Positions 7,731 to 15,753 are shown, counted from the stretch's first letter. The stretch: DNA of 23,310 bases from Okeania sp. (GCF_035285525.1 NZ_JAYKGW010000161.1:1-23310); one strand, 5' to 3'. The notes: generated from the letters alone by a model not told the origin. A program made the numbers and translations.

Positions 7731-9299
7731 AGTAATATCATTAACAATTTTATGGGCTGACAAAATAGCTCCCTCCTGCCATCCAGTTAAATAACTCAGA
7801 TGTTCTCCAGCAAAGTAGACATTTCGATCAGGTTGATTCAAAACTAAATAGGCTTTTTTCCTGCTATCTTCCTGCCAGCTCATCCAACCTCCTTCGCTGT
7901 AGGGGACTTTTCCCCAAGCTATGGAACAACCATTTGCTACAGATATTTCCTGATTATAACCTGGGTGAATCTTTTTCCCTTCTAAAATAGCTAAGGATAG
8001 TCGTTGATTAGATGTCATCTGTTCCCAACGTTTGGAAATATCATTATTCCAAATGTAAGCACCAACAATAATCCCTTGAGAACTATGAAAATTGGTCGAT
8101 GGATACCAAATTTGAATAATATCTCCCTCTGTCCATGAAATACCACCGTAGATATTATCGTCTTCTTCCCAAAATCGACGATTGCTCTGAAATCCTACTT
8201 TAACTGCGCGGTTATAGGAGGAGCCTCCTTCTGCAATCGCAGCTTGATGTTCTGCTGAAAAATCAGCTTTAATATTTTTCAATACAGAGAGAGGAATAGT
8301 ACAAATTGCCAAATTACCATCAACAGACTGATATTGATTACTTTGGCGATCGCGATATATGACTTGCACTGCATGAGCTTTCTGTCTAATTTCAGTAACT
8401 TCAGCGTTATAGCGAATCAGTCTACCCACTCTCTGCTCAAAAGCTTTTGCTATGGCATCCATTCCACCTACTGGTTGCAGCATGGTAGCAGCTTGTTGAT
8501 AACTTTCACCAAAGTGCATTTTGTTTTGCCAGAAACCAGAGTCTAGTAATTCAGATAATGCTAAAGGCTGGTGTTTGACACCATTGTTTAGTCCTGCACC
8601 AGGAGGAATTTCATATCCAGCTCTACGAGAACCTACATATTCCCCTTTTGAGTTTAAATCACCAAATCGTCTGACAAATTCTAACAGACGTTCTTGCTCT
8701 TCTGGAGATACATCTTGATCCAAGCCATTAATACCAATAGTTTTAGTTAGTAACTCAGCAATGTAGCCTCTGCTATCATTTATGACACGTCGGTTATTGA
8801 CGGGATACCCTCCAAAAGCTCGATCATCCTGAAAGTAGGCTGCCCGATTTTCATTGACTATCACCTCCAGTGGTACGCCAAACTCTTTGCAGTAGCCCAA
8901 CAAATTTTTGTGATGGTGAGGTATACGAGCAGGCCCTACATTGAAATAGAGAGATTTATTATTATCGAATGGGCATTTTTCTAACCGTTGACTTTGGCCG
9001 TGAACTTCATTAATGATATCATTATGGCGCAAAGTCCAACAACGACCACCAGCTCGATTCCGAGCTTCTAACAAAGTACATTCATATCCAGCTTTTGTCA
9101 ACTCATAGGCAGCGGTCATCCCAGAAATTCCAGCTCCCAAAATGATCACTTTAATTCCAGTACCGGTTTTAGCAACAAGTTTAGGTCGATTGGTTGTTTG
9201 AGCATTAGTCGTTCTCCAACCCATGGCATGGAGAGACATCAGAACTGCGGTTGTTCCACCAGCTCGACTTAATAAGTTAAATAGTGTCCGTCGTTTCAT
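7722..9299 (-). CDS. Flavin-containing amine oxidase family protein (candidate L-amino-acid / amine oxidase) with a twin-arginine (Tat) signal
   Basis: 525-aa ORF with an ATG start. The N-terminus MKRRTLFNLLSRAGGTTAVLMSLHAMG carries an RR motif followed by a hydrophobic stretch. The FAD dinucleotide fold is KVIILGAGISGMTAAYELTKAGYECTLLEARNRAGGR, and the C-terminal VYFAGEHLS is typical of the flavin amine oxidase family. Confidence 0.88.
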   Translation of the reverse strand: MKRRTLFNLLSRAGGTTAVLMSLHAMGWRTTNAQTTNRPKLVAKTGTGIKVIILGAGISGMTAAYELTKAGYECTLLEARNRAGGRCWTLRHNDIINEVHGQSQRLEKCPFDNNKSLYFNVGPARIPHHHKNLLGYCKEFGVPLEVIVNENRAAYFQDDRAFGGYPVNNRRVINDSRGYIAELLTKTIGINGLDQDVSPEEQERLLEFVRRFGDLNSKGEYVGSRRAGYEIPPGAGLNNGVKHQPLALSELLDSGFWQNKMHFGESYQQAATMLQPVGGMDAIAKAFEQRVGRLIRYNAEVTEIRQKAHAVQVIYRDRQSNQYQSVDGNLAICTIPLSVLKNIKADFSAEHQAAIAEGGSSYNRAVKVGFQSNRRFWEEDDNIYGGISWTEGDIIQIWYPSTNFHSSQGIIVGAYIWNNDISKRWEQMTSNQRLSLAILEGKKIHPGYNQEISVANGCSIAWGKVPYSEGGWMSWQEDSRKKAYLVLNQPDRNVYFAGEHLSYLTGWQEGAILSAHKIVNDITQD

Positions 9300-9348
9300 T
9301 AGTTAATTTGATTAGTTTTTGATCGGATGTTTCTATGTAACCATTCAT

Positions 9349-9510
9349 AGGACTTACGCAGCGCTCCTACATATAGTGCTTCAAACCCCATACGCAATAG
9401 TTTTTTAACTATACATATACAGCACTTACGCATGAATGCTATTAGTAGGTTACGTTAACGTCAGTTTAACGCACCGATACGCTATATATAGTCCCTTTGC
9501 GTAAGTCCTG
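9349..9510. mobile_element. MITE-like element(s) (copy H), same subfamily as copy A, apparently about 1.5 copies or nested
   Basis: It runs AGGACTTACGCAGCGCTCCTACATATAGTGCTT... to ...TATATATAGTCCCTTTGCGTAAGTCCTG with an internal second left terminus AGCACTTACGCATG. It is flanked by ATTCA at 9343..9347 and 9511..9515. A solo left terminus also occurs at 9604..9616. Confidence 0.7.
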
Positions 9511-9694
9511 ATTCAGCTATTAGCTATCAGCTCTCAGAACTACCAAGGGTTGAAATCCTTGGCTCATAGTTCAAGTCATTTGAAAGATGACTATAATGTT
9601 ATCAGGACTTACGCGAAATATCAAACCATGCACCATCTGATGAGGAAGTGAGGAAAATTGCTGTTGGTTAAGTAAGTAGTGGGAGCATCCTGCT

Positions 9695-9869
9695 CCCATG
9701 TTTAATGTTAAATCTTGTTCCCATGTTTAATGTTAAATCTTGTTCCCATGTTTAATGTTAAATCTTGTTCCCATGTTTCATGTCAAATCTTGTTCCCATG
9801 TTTCATGTCAAATCTTGTTCCGATGTTTAATGTCAAATCTTGTTCCCATGTTTCATGTCAAATCTTGTT
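9695..9869. repeat. Perfectly phased tandem array, 7 x 25 bp (CCCATGTTTAATGTTAAATCTTGTT and variants), with no spacers
   Basis: Units start at 9695, 9720, 9745, 9770, 9795, 9820 and 9845. Variant order is A A A B B C B, where A has ..TTTAATGTTAAA.., B has ..TTTCATGTCAAA.. and C is CCGATGTTTAATGTCAAA... The array is preceded by the palindrome GGGAGCATCCTGCTCCC at 9681..9697. Confidence 0.95.
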
Positions 9870-9944
9870 CTTGTGATAGCATTATTTTTTTCAAATTGCT
9901 ATGGGTTGGAAACTTCTAAAATGTTAACTTTTGACTTTTATTTT

Positions 9945-11657
9945 TTAATCTAACTGTTTTCCCCCAATATCGCTAAGTGGAAGAGTTGCAGCCAAAGGGA
10001 TTCGCAACTCTTCCACCATTTCCTGTATTTCCAATGGTGGAGGAGTGGTCAAGCTAGATATAACTAAAGTCACCACAAAATTCAATAACATTCCTACTGC
10101 ACCAATACCCTGATCGGAGATGCCAAAAAACCATGTTGGCATTCCATAGAATCTGATACCAATAATATAGATAGTTGTAAACACTAAACCAACTATCATA
10201 CCACTGACCGCTCCTTCCCGGTTAGTGCGTTTATCAAAAACTCCCAAAATAATTGCGGGGAAAAAAGTACCAGCAGCAACACCAACTCCCAAAGTTGCTA
10301 TTTCAATTACAAAACCGGGAGGATTGATGCCGAAATAACCAGCAAAGGCGATCGCTAAAATTATCATTATTCTACCTACTATTAATCTTTGTGATTCTGA
10401 TGCTTTTGGGTTTATTAGGCAGTAATAAACATCGTGAGCAATAGCACTAGAAATTACTAATAACAAACCGGATGCAGTAGATAAAGCAGCAGCTAATCCT
10501 CCTGTTGCCACTAATGCAATGAGCCAAGGAGAAAGTTTAGCTACTTCTGGCGTTGAGAGACTGATAATATCTGGATCGAGAATGATTTCATTAGTCTCTG
10601 TATCTGGAGTTAACTGCAAATAACCATCATTATTTTTATCTGTAAATTCTAATAAACCTGTATTTTGCCACTTTCTTGCCCAGTCTAACTGTTGCACTTC
10701 CTCTACAGTTTTGTTGTGTAAATTATCAATTAAGTTGTATCGTGCAGTAGCAGCTAAAGCAGGAATAGTTGTGGAAAAAATGGCAATGAATAATAATGCC
10801 CAAGCTACAGAATATCTGGCTGCTGTCACGTTGGGTACAGTATAGAAACGAACAATAACGTGGGGTAAACTAGCAAGACCAACCATGCCGGAAATAGTGA
10901 TGAATAAAACATCTAGCATACTTCTTTGGGTGAAAGCAGCAGTATATTCGGGAAAACCTAAATCAACCTGAACTTGATTCAATTTTTCTATGATATCACT
11001 AAAAGTAAAAGCGAGTTGTGGGATGGGAATATTTGTGAGAATATTGCAAATAGCAATAACTGGTGCTAAGTAAGCAACAATCAGTATAAAATATTGAACA
11101 ACTTGAGTCCAAGTAATACCTTTCATTCCTCCGAGGATGGCAAAGAAAGCAACTATAATCATGCCAATGATGACACCAGTTTCAATGGGTACTTGCAAAA
11201 ACCGACTGAAGACAATACCCACACCACGCATTTGTCCGACAACAAAAGTTATAGAGATAATGAGAACCCCAATAACTGCAATGATGCGAGCAATATTTGA
11301 ATGGTAGCGATCGCCGATAAAATCTGGCAAAGTATATTTACCGAATTTTCGTAGATATGGAGCTAACAGCAAACCTAAAAGTATATAACCTCCTGTTGCT
11401 GCTCCGACATAATAAGAACCATCATAGCCTAAAATTGAAACTGCTCCTGCTAAGGAAATAAATGAAACGGCAGACATAAAATCTGCTGCTGTGGCAGCAC
11501 CATTAGCAATAGCAGGTACACCTCTATCGGCGACAAAAAAACCTTGACTATCTTGGACTCGCGATCGCCATCCGATGTAAAGGTAAAGCATTAAGGAAAT
11601 AGTGACGAAGATAAGTGTCCAAGTTTCTGTGGAAGAAGGAAAAAAGAAGAAGGTCAT
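9945..11657 (-). CDS. Sodium:solute symporter family protein, VC_2705 / ActP-like subfamily (paralog 2, no cognate small-subunit gene)
   Basis: It is collinear with, and by eye roughly 80 percent identical to, the protein at 12494..14185 (for example GVPAIANGAATAADFMSA, GMKGITWTQVVQY, GLAAALSTASGLLLVISS, FDKRTNREGA). I place the start at the ATG at 11657 (MTFFFFPSSTETWTLIFV..), matching the paralog N-terminus MAAEVWTFIFV... The 55 extra codons in the ORF track (to 11822) read through a MITE. Confidence 0.88.
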   Translation of the reverse strand: MTFFFFPSSTETWTLIFVTISLMLYLYIGWRSRVQDSQGFFVADRGVPAIANGAATAADFMSAVSFISLAGAVSILGYDGSYYVGAATGGYILLGLLLAPYLRKFGKYTLPDFIGDRYHSNIARIIAVIGVLIISITFVVGQMRGVGIVFSRFLQVPIETGVIIGMIIVAFFAILGGMKGITWTQVVQYFILIVAYLAPVIAICNILTNIPIPQLAFTFSDIIEKLNQVQVDLGFPEYTAAFTQRSMLDVLFITISGMVGLASLPHVIVRFYTVPNVTAARYSVAWALLFIAIFSTTIPALAATARYNLIDNLHNKTVEEVQQLDWARKWQNTGLLEFTDKNNDGYLQLTPDTETNEIILDPDIISLSTPEVAKLSPWLIALVATGGLAAALSTASGLLLVISSAIAHDVYYCLINPKASESQRLIVGRIMIILAIAFAGYFGINPPGFVIEIATLGVGVAAGTFFPAIILGVFDKRTNREGAVSGMIVGLVFTTIYIIGIRFYGMPTWFFGISDQGIGAVGMLLNFVVTLVISSLTTPPPLEIQEMVEELRIPLAATLPLSDIGGKQLD

Positions 11658-11707
11658 TTCAGTTATCAGTAAACCTCTGACTTTAGCCGGAGAGTTGAAA
11701 TACTTAT

Positions 11708-11800
11708 AGGACTTACGCATGAGGTAGGAAAAACAGGGTTTTGAGATTGCTTCCCGACCGTCGTATCGGACGAAAATACGTTCCAGTTGGGTAAGTCCTG
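11708..11800. mobile_element. MITE-like element (copy J), full-length relative of copy C
   Basis: It runs AGGACTTACGCATGAGGTAGGAAAAACAGGG...GTTCCAGTTGGGTAAGTCCTG and is flanked by ACTTA at 11702..11706 and 11801..11805. It lies about 50 nt upstream of the symporter ATG. Confidence 0.8.
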
Positions 11801-11992
11801 ACTTAGTTAAACATTTTTTCATCCCCTTAAAAGGGAAGACACATACCCTTATTTTTTGGTAAAGGGAATAAATATTTATAGCAGGGAACAGGGAACAGTT
11901 GGAAAAGTCTTTCTGAGTCTAAGATTCATCATCAGTCCATGTCCTAATCGCCTTGTCCGTTGCTATAACAAAAAGTAGAAGAAATAAGAAGA

Positions 11993-12020
11993 GTAGGGAC
12001 GTTCCATGGAACGTCCCTAC
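11993..12020. repeat. Perfect 28-bp palindrome GTAGGGACGTTCCATGGAACGTCCCTAC
   Basis: Read directly. Related GTAGGGA.G...CGTCCCTAC hairpins occur at 20640..20677 and 22062..22090. Confidence 0.9.
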
Positions 12021-12080
12021 AATATATTACAGCATATTAAGAAAGAAGGAAGAGGATATATTCGATTAGTAGACTGATAC

Positions 12081-12411
12081 AGCTAAAATGGTGCATTAGG
12101 GAATTAGACTTTGTAGGGGCGGGTTTCATTATTAAGTTAACGAGTCTTCACCGATAAGTTGGCTAAACCCGCCTTCCATGATATCACGCACTCAACCCGC
12201 CTTCCATGATATAGCCAACTGTTCTAGGGGGCGGGTTTATATAAATCTTGGAGTAACCATGAAAATTATGGCTCAAACCCGCCCCTACGCTTTGCACTAT
12301 TTTAGGTGAAACAATGCACTACCAATACCGTTCGTGCGTAAGTCCTGTAAATCTTAGAGTAGTATCAAAATTCCTGCATAAACCCGCCCCTACTATTGCA
12401 CCATTTTAAGC
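12081..12411. mobile_element. Composite MITE-like block with long inverted termini AGCTAAAATGGTGCA...GTAGGGGCGGGTTT / AAACCCGCCCCTAC..TGCACCATTTTAAGCT
   Basis: The left end is at 12081..12126. Matching inverted right ends lie at 12275..12312 and 12379..12411. There is an internal 18-bp direct repeat ACCCGCCTTCCATGATAT at 12167 and 12195, and a solo TGCGTAAGTCCTG terminus at 12335..12347. Confidence 0.6.
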
Positions 12412-12493
12412 TTGACACGCCACTACTGGACTGTTTCATCTAAAACTATGCATGAGATTTTCTCTCTTGTCTCTCCTGTCTTCCTTGTTAAAA

Positions 12494-14185
12494 TTAGTCT
12501 AACTGTTCTTCCCCAATATCACTAATGGGAGCAGGTACAGCTATAGGCGATCGCAAATCTTCTACCATCTGTTGTATTTCTAATGGTGGAGGAGCTGTGA
12601 CTCTGGAAACTACTAAAGTCACCACAAAATTCAGCACCATACCCAGAGTACCAATACCTTCAGCAGAAACGTTGAAAAACCATGTTGGCATTCCAGCAAA
12701 TTTGACACCTATGATATAGATAGTAGTAAACAATAAACCCACTACCATACCAGCGATCGCTCCTTCCCGGTTAGTCCGTTTATCAAAAACACCTAAAATA
12801 ATTGCCGGGAAAAAACTAGCAGCAGCTAGACCAAAAGCAAATGCTACCACCTGACCAACAAACCCTGGTGGGTTAACCCCGAAGTAACCAGCAATAGCAA
12901 TAGCAAACCCTACCATGATCCGCCCTACCATTAACCTGCGCGACTCCGATGCTCCCGGATCGATCATTCGATAGTAAACATCATGGGCAATAGAACTAGA
13001 AATTACTAACAACAAACCGGATGCTGTAGACAAAGCAGCAGCTAATCCTCCTGCTGCCACTAAAGCAATAACCCAAGGAGCAAGTTTAGCTACTTCTGGA
13101 GTAGACAAAACAATAATATCCCGGTCAATTCTAATTTCATTAGTCTCTTTGTCTGGGGTTAATTGAAACCTACCATCATTATTTTTATCGGTAAATTCTA
13201 ACAAACCAGTATTTTCCCACTTTTTCGCCCATTCTAAATCTTGTACTTCTTCCACAGTTTTGTTGTGTAAAGTATCAATTAAGTTATATCGAGCAAAAGT
13301 AGCTAAGGCAGGAGCAGTTGTATACAAAATAGCAATAAACAATAATGCCCAACCAGCAGAATATCTGGCTGCTCTTACATCTGGCACTGTGTAGAAGCGC
13401 ACAATAACGTGAGGTAAACCAGCAGTTCCTACCATCAACGCAATAGTGATAAACAAAACATCCAGCATACTTTTGTTACTAAAAGCTGCCGTATATTCAG
13501 GAAAACCTAAGTCTACCTGAATCTGATTTAGTTTTTCCACAATATCACTAAAGGTAAAGGCAAATTGAGGAATAGGAATGTCTGTCAACAATCCAGCAAT
13601 GGCAATAGCTGGAATCAGATAAGCAACAATAAGTACGGAATATTGAGCGACCTGAGTCCAAGTGATGCCTTTCATTCCACCTAAGACGGCAAAGAAGCCA
13701 ACTATAATCATACCGATGACAACACCTGTGCCAATGGGAACTTGCAAAAAGCGACTGAAGACGATACCCACACCCCGCATTTGCCCAGCAACATAAGTCA
13801 TAGATACAAAGATAGCAGCAATAACTGCTACAATCCGGGCAATATTCGAGTAATAGCGATCGCCTACGAAGTCAGGTACTGTATATTTGCCGAACTTCCG
13901 TAGGTATGGAGCTAGTAGCAATGCTAATAGTACATAACCACCAGTCCATCCCATGAGATAGATGGAACCATCGTAACCCAAAAAAGAAATTAACCCGGCC
14001 ATAGAAATAAATGAGGCAGCAGACATCCAGTCCGCACCAGTTGCAGCACCATTCGCAATAGCAGGTACACCTTGGTCAGCAACAAAAAAGCCTTTACTAT
14101 CTTTGACTCGTGAGGTCCATCCAATGTACAGATAACCCATGAAGGAAACACTCACGAAAATAAATGTCCATACTTCTGCAGCCAT
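12494..14185 (-). CDS. Sodium:solute symporter family protein, VC_2705 / ActP-like subfamily (large subunit, paralog 1)
   Basis: 563-aa polytopic ORF with SSS-family motifs as above. Its ATG directly follows the stop of the DUF4212 gene (GGAGAGAC TAA ATG), which implies translational coupling. Confidence 0.92.
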   Translation of the reverse strand: MAAEVWTFIFVSVSFMGYLYIGWTSRVKDSKGFFVADQGVPAIANGAATGADWMSAASFISMAGLISFLGYDGSIYLMGWTGGYVLLALLLAPYLRKFGKYTVPDFVGDRYYSNIARIVAVIAAIFVSMTYVAGQMRGVGIVFSRFLQVPIGTGVVIGMIIVGFFAVLGGMKGITWTQVAQYSVLIVAYLIPAIAIAGLLTDIPIPQFAFTFSDIVEKLNQIQVDLGFPEYTAAFSNKSMLDVLFITIALMVGTAGLPHVIVRFYTVPDVRAARYSAGWALLFIAILYTTAPALATFARYNLIDTLHNKTVEEVQDLEWAKKWENTGLLEFTDKNNDGRFQLTPDKETNEIRIDRDIIVLSTPEVAKLAPWVIALVAAGGLAAALSTASGLLLVISSSIAHDVYYRMIDPGASESRRLMVGRIMVGFAIAIAGYFGVNPPGFVGQVVAFAFGLAAASFFPAIILGVFDKRTNREGAIAGMVVGLLFTTIYIIGVKFAGMPTWFFNVSAEGIGTLGMVLNFVVTLVVSRVTAPPPLEIQQMVEDLRSPIAVPAPISDIGEEQLD

Positions 14186-14473
14186 TTAGTCTCTCCTTTC
14201 TGTATTAGATTGTTGATTGATTTTGTCCATATTGTATTTTTTGTCAAGTTTATCCATTTGAATGGCATAAGTAAAAATTAGGATGACAAACACATAGATT
14301 GAACCTTGTTGTGCCATCCAAAAACCTAAAGGAACACCAAAGAATTGAATAGTGTTTAAAGGTTTGACTAATAAAATGCTAAAAACAATAGAAACTAAAG
14401 CCCAAACTATTAGCAAGTTTCTGATTAATGCTGTATTAGCACGCCAGTATGCTCGACGTTGTTCTTCGTTCAT
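14186..14473 (-). CDS. DUF4212 protein, putative solute:sodium symporter small subunit
   Basis: 95-aa ORF with two TM segments and YWRANTALIRNLLIVW ... FFGVPLGFWMAQQGSIYVFVILIFTY, matching the small subunit normally encoded just upstream of VC_2705-type symporters. Confidence 0.88.
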   Translation of the reverse strand: MNEEQRRAYWRANTALIRNLLIVWALVSIVFSILLVKPLNTIQFFGVPLGFWMAQQGSIYVFVILIFTYAIQMDKLDKKYNMDKINQQSNTERRD

Positions 14474-14540
14474 TTTTTAAGTTTTTGATGAAGACGATAG
14501 GTATTTTTATCAGATTTTTTATCTCAAATCTGATTAATTT

Positions 14541-14641
14541 AGGGATTACGCAAAAAACTGGGTTTTTCTAAGAAATCTTATGTTTGAACAATAGATATAT
14601 AGGAAAAACCCGGTTTCTAGATTGGGTGTGCGTAAGTCCTA
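14541..14641. mobile_element. MITE-like element (copy I), AGGGATTACGCA ... TGCGTAAGTCCT
   Basis: It has inverted termini, an internal AAAACTGGGTTTTTC / GAAAAACCCGGTTTC pair, and TAATTT on both flanks (14535..14540 and 14642..14647). It lies in the leader/promoter region of the DUF4212-symporter operon. Confidence 0.75.
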
Positions 14642-15039
14642 TAATTTTTAGATAGTATGGCCTTTTAACCTAAAAATAAGTGGTTTGGCCGATTCCAAGT
14701 ATATTATTAAAGCATTATTTGGTTTTTATAAAAAATGTAATATTAGTTATTATTTCTGTAGGTTTTGTATTGTTATGCAAACCAACCAAGAAATTAATAA
14801 ACCTGGTTTCTTTGTAAATCTTAAAAATATTAATCTAGGAGTTTAGAATATTTTAAATATCTTACCTATTCCCAAAAAGTGGCAAAGTTTTTGATATGAA
14901 CAAAATAGGATTGCAGTATAAAATTATAACTGATTACTCGGTATAACTTAACACGTAAGCATTCAGCTTTTGAAAGCAATAATTGACTAAGTTAGATAGC
15001 TATAGCCATAAGAAATCATTCGTGATCAAAAACAAAACT

Positions 15040-15095
15040 GTAGGGGTTTGGTCTCCTTTCCCCAAATGCCAAGGGATTTGGAGACCAAACCCCGC
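15040..15095. repeat. Hairpin repeat GTAGGGGTTTGGTCTCC ... GGAGACCAAACCCCGC
   Basis: It has a 14-bp inverted repeat. Related copies preceded by AAAACTGTA.GGGTTTGGT occur at 18764..18819 and 18932..18961. Confidence 0.75.
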
Positions 15096-15284
15096 ATTTA
15101 TAAATATTACAACCTATTGAGAATTGCTATACCTTTTTCTTTCCTGGGGAATGTTAAACAAACAAACATAATTTTGAATTACTTTTCTGAGGTAATAAGT
15201 TAGTAATTTCTAGCTGATAGCTTATTACTGAATACTTAACCTTAAAACTTATCTAATTTTTCTAATTTCTCAAGTTATAAACTA

Positions 15285-15704
15285 ATGAATAATATTTGGC
15301 AAATTTTAAAAAAATTACCTTGGCAAGAACTATCTTTAGTAAGTTTAATAGCTACTTTAACAGTAGTAACTTCAGAAATATTATTAATTTTCAGTCTCAC
15401 TCATTTTTTGGCAATTCTGAAATCATTTAATATATTATTTTCATCTCCATTTTTTGGAGTTTTAATACCTATAGGAGTAGCAGTAGGAATGGGAGCATTA
15501 GCAGTTTGTTTATTAGAATGGTGGCAAAAACAATATTTGCTAAATAATTCTAGTCTTTGGGCATTAGTTTTATGCTTATTTATTGGTTTATTATTAAAAT
15601 CTTTCCTCCCTTTTCCTTCCGTATTACTAAGTGCATCTAGAGCTTCATTAATCAGTTTGGCTATAGGAGTTTTCTGGAAAGGGCGACCTTATTGGCGACG
15701 ATGA
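15285..15704 (+). CDS. Hypothetical small integral membrane protein (about 4 TM segments)
   Basis: 139-aa ORF with an ATG start, four hydrophobic stretches and a basic C-terminus (GRPYWRR). I recognise no motif. It is followed by the AGGAATAATTATTCCT palindrome. Confidence 0.6.
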   Translation: MNNIWQILKKLPWQELSLVSLIATLTVVTSEILLIFSLTHFLAILKSFNILFSSPFFGVLIPIGVAVGMGALAVCLLEWWQKQYLLNNSSLWALVLCLFIGLLLKSFLPFPSVLLSASRASLISLAIGVFWKGRPYWRR

Positions 15705-15729
15705 GTGTGAGAAGGGTGGTTCGTGTGGG

Positions 15730-15753
15730 AGGAATAATTATTCCTTAATTTTT
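15730..15753 (+). terminator. Possible intrinsic terminator of the 139-aa gene
   Basis: The palindrome AGGAATAATTATTCCT is followed by TAATTTTT, 26 nt after the stop codon. The stem is AT-rich and weak. Confidence 0.3.

Noticed and set aside
7120-8718. Plus-strand ORFs 7120..7317, 8334..8546 and 8521..8718
   Set aside because: They are antisense to the RidA and oxidase genes and show no motifs.
9695-9869. 25-bp repeat array considered as a CRISPR array
   Set aside because: The units are directly abutting with no spacers. The repeat is AT-rich and non-palindromic, and there are no cas genes in the window.
11658-11822. 55-codon N-terminal extension of symporter paralog 2 in the ORF track
   Set aside because: It reads through MITE copy J and has no counterpart in paralog 1. 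The ATG at 11657 aligns with the paralog's N-terminus.
11094-12719. Plus-strand ORFs 11094..11300 and 12525..12719
   Set aside because: They are antisense shadows within the two symporter genes.
14915-14954. NtcA-like site on the minus strand (GTGTTAAGTTATAC, then 20 nt, then TATACT) upstream of the DUF4212-symporter operon
   Set aside because: It has one mismatch to GTA-N8-TAC and lies about 470 nt from the start codon with a MITE in between. Such matches are expected by chance in AT-rich DNA, so it is too weak to report as a feature.
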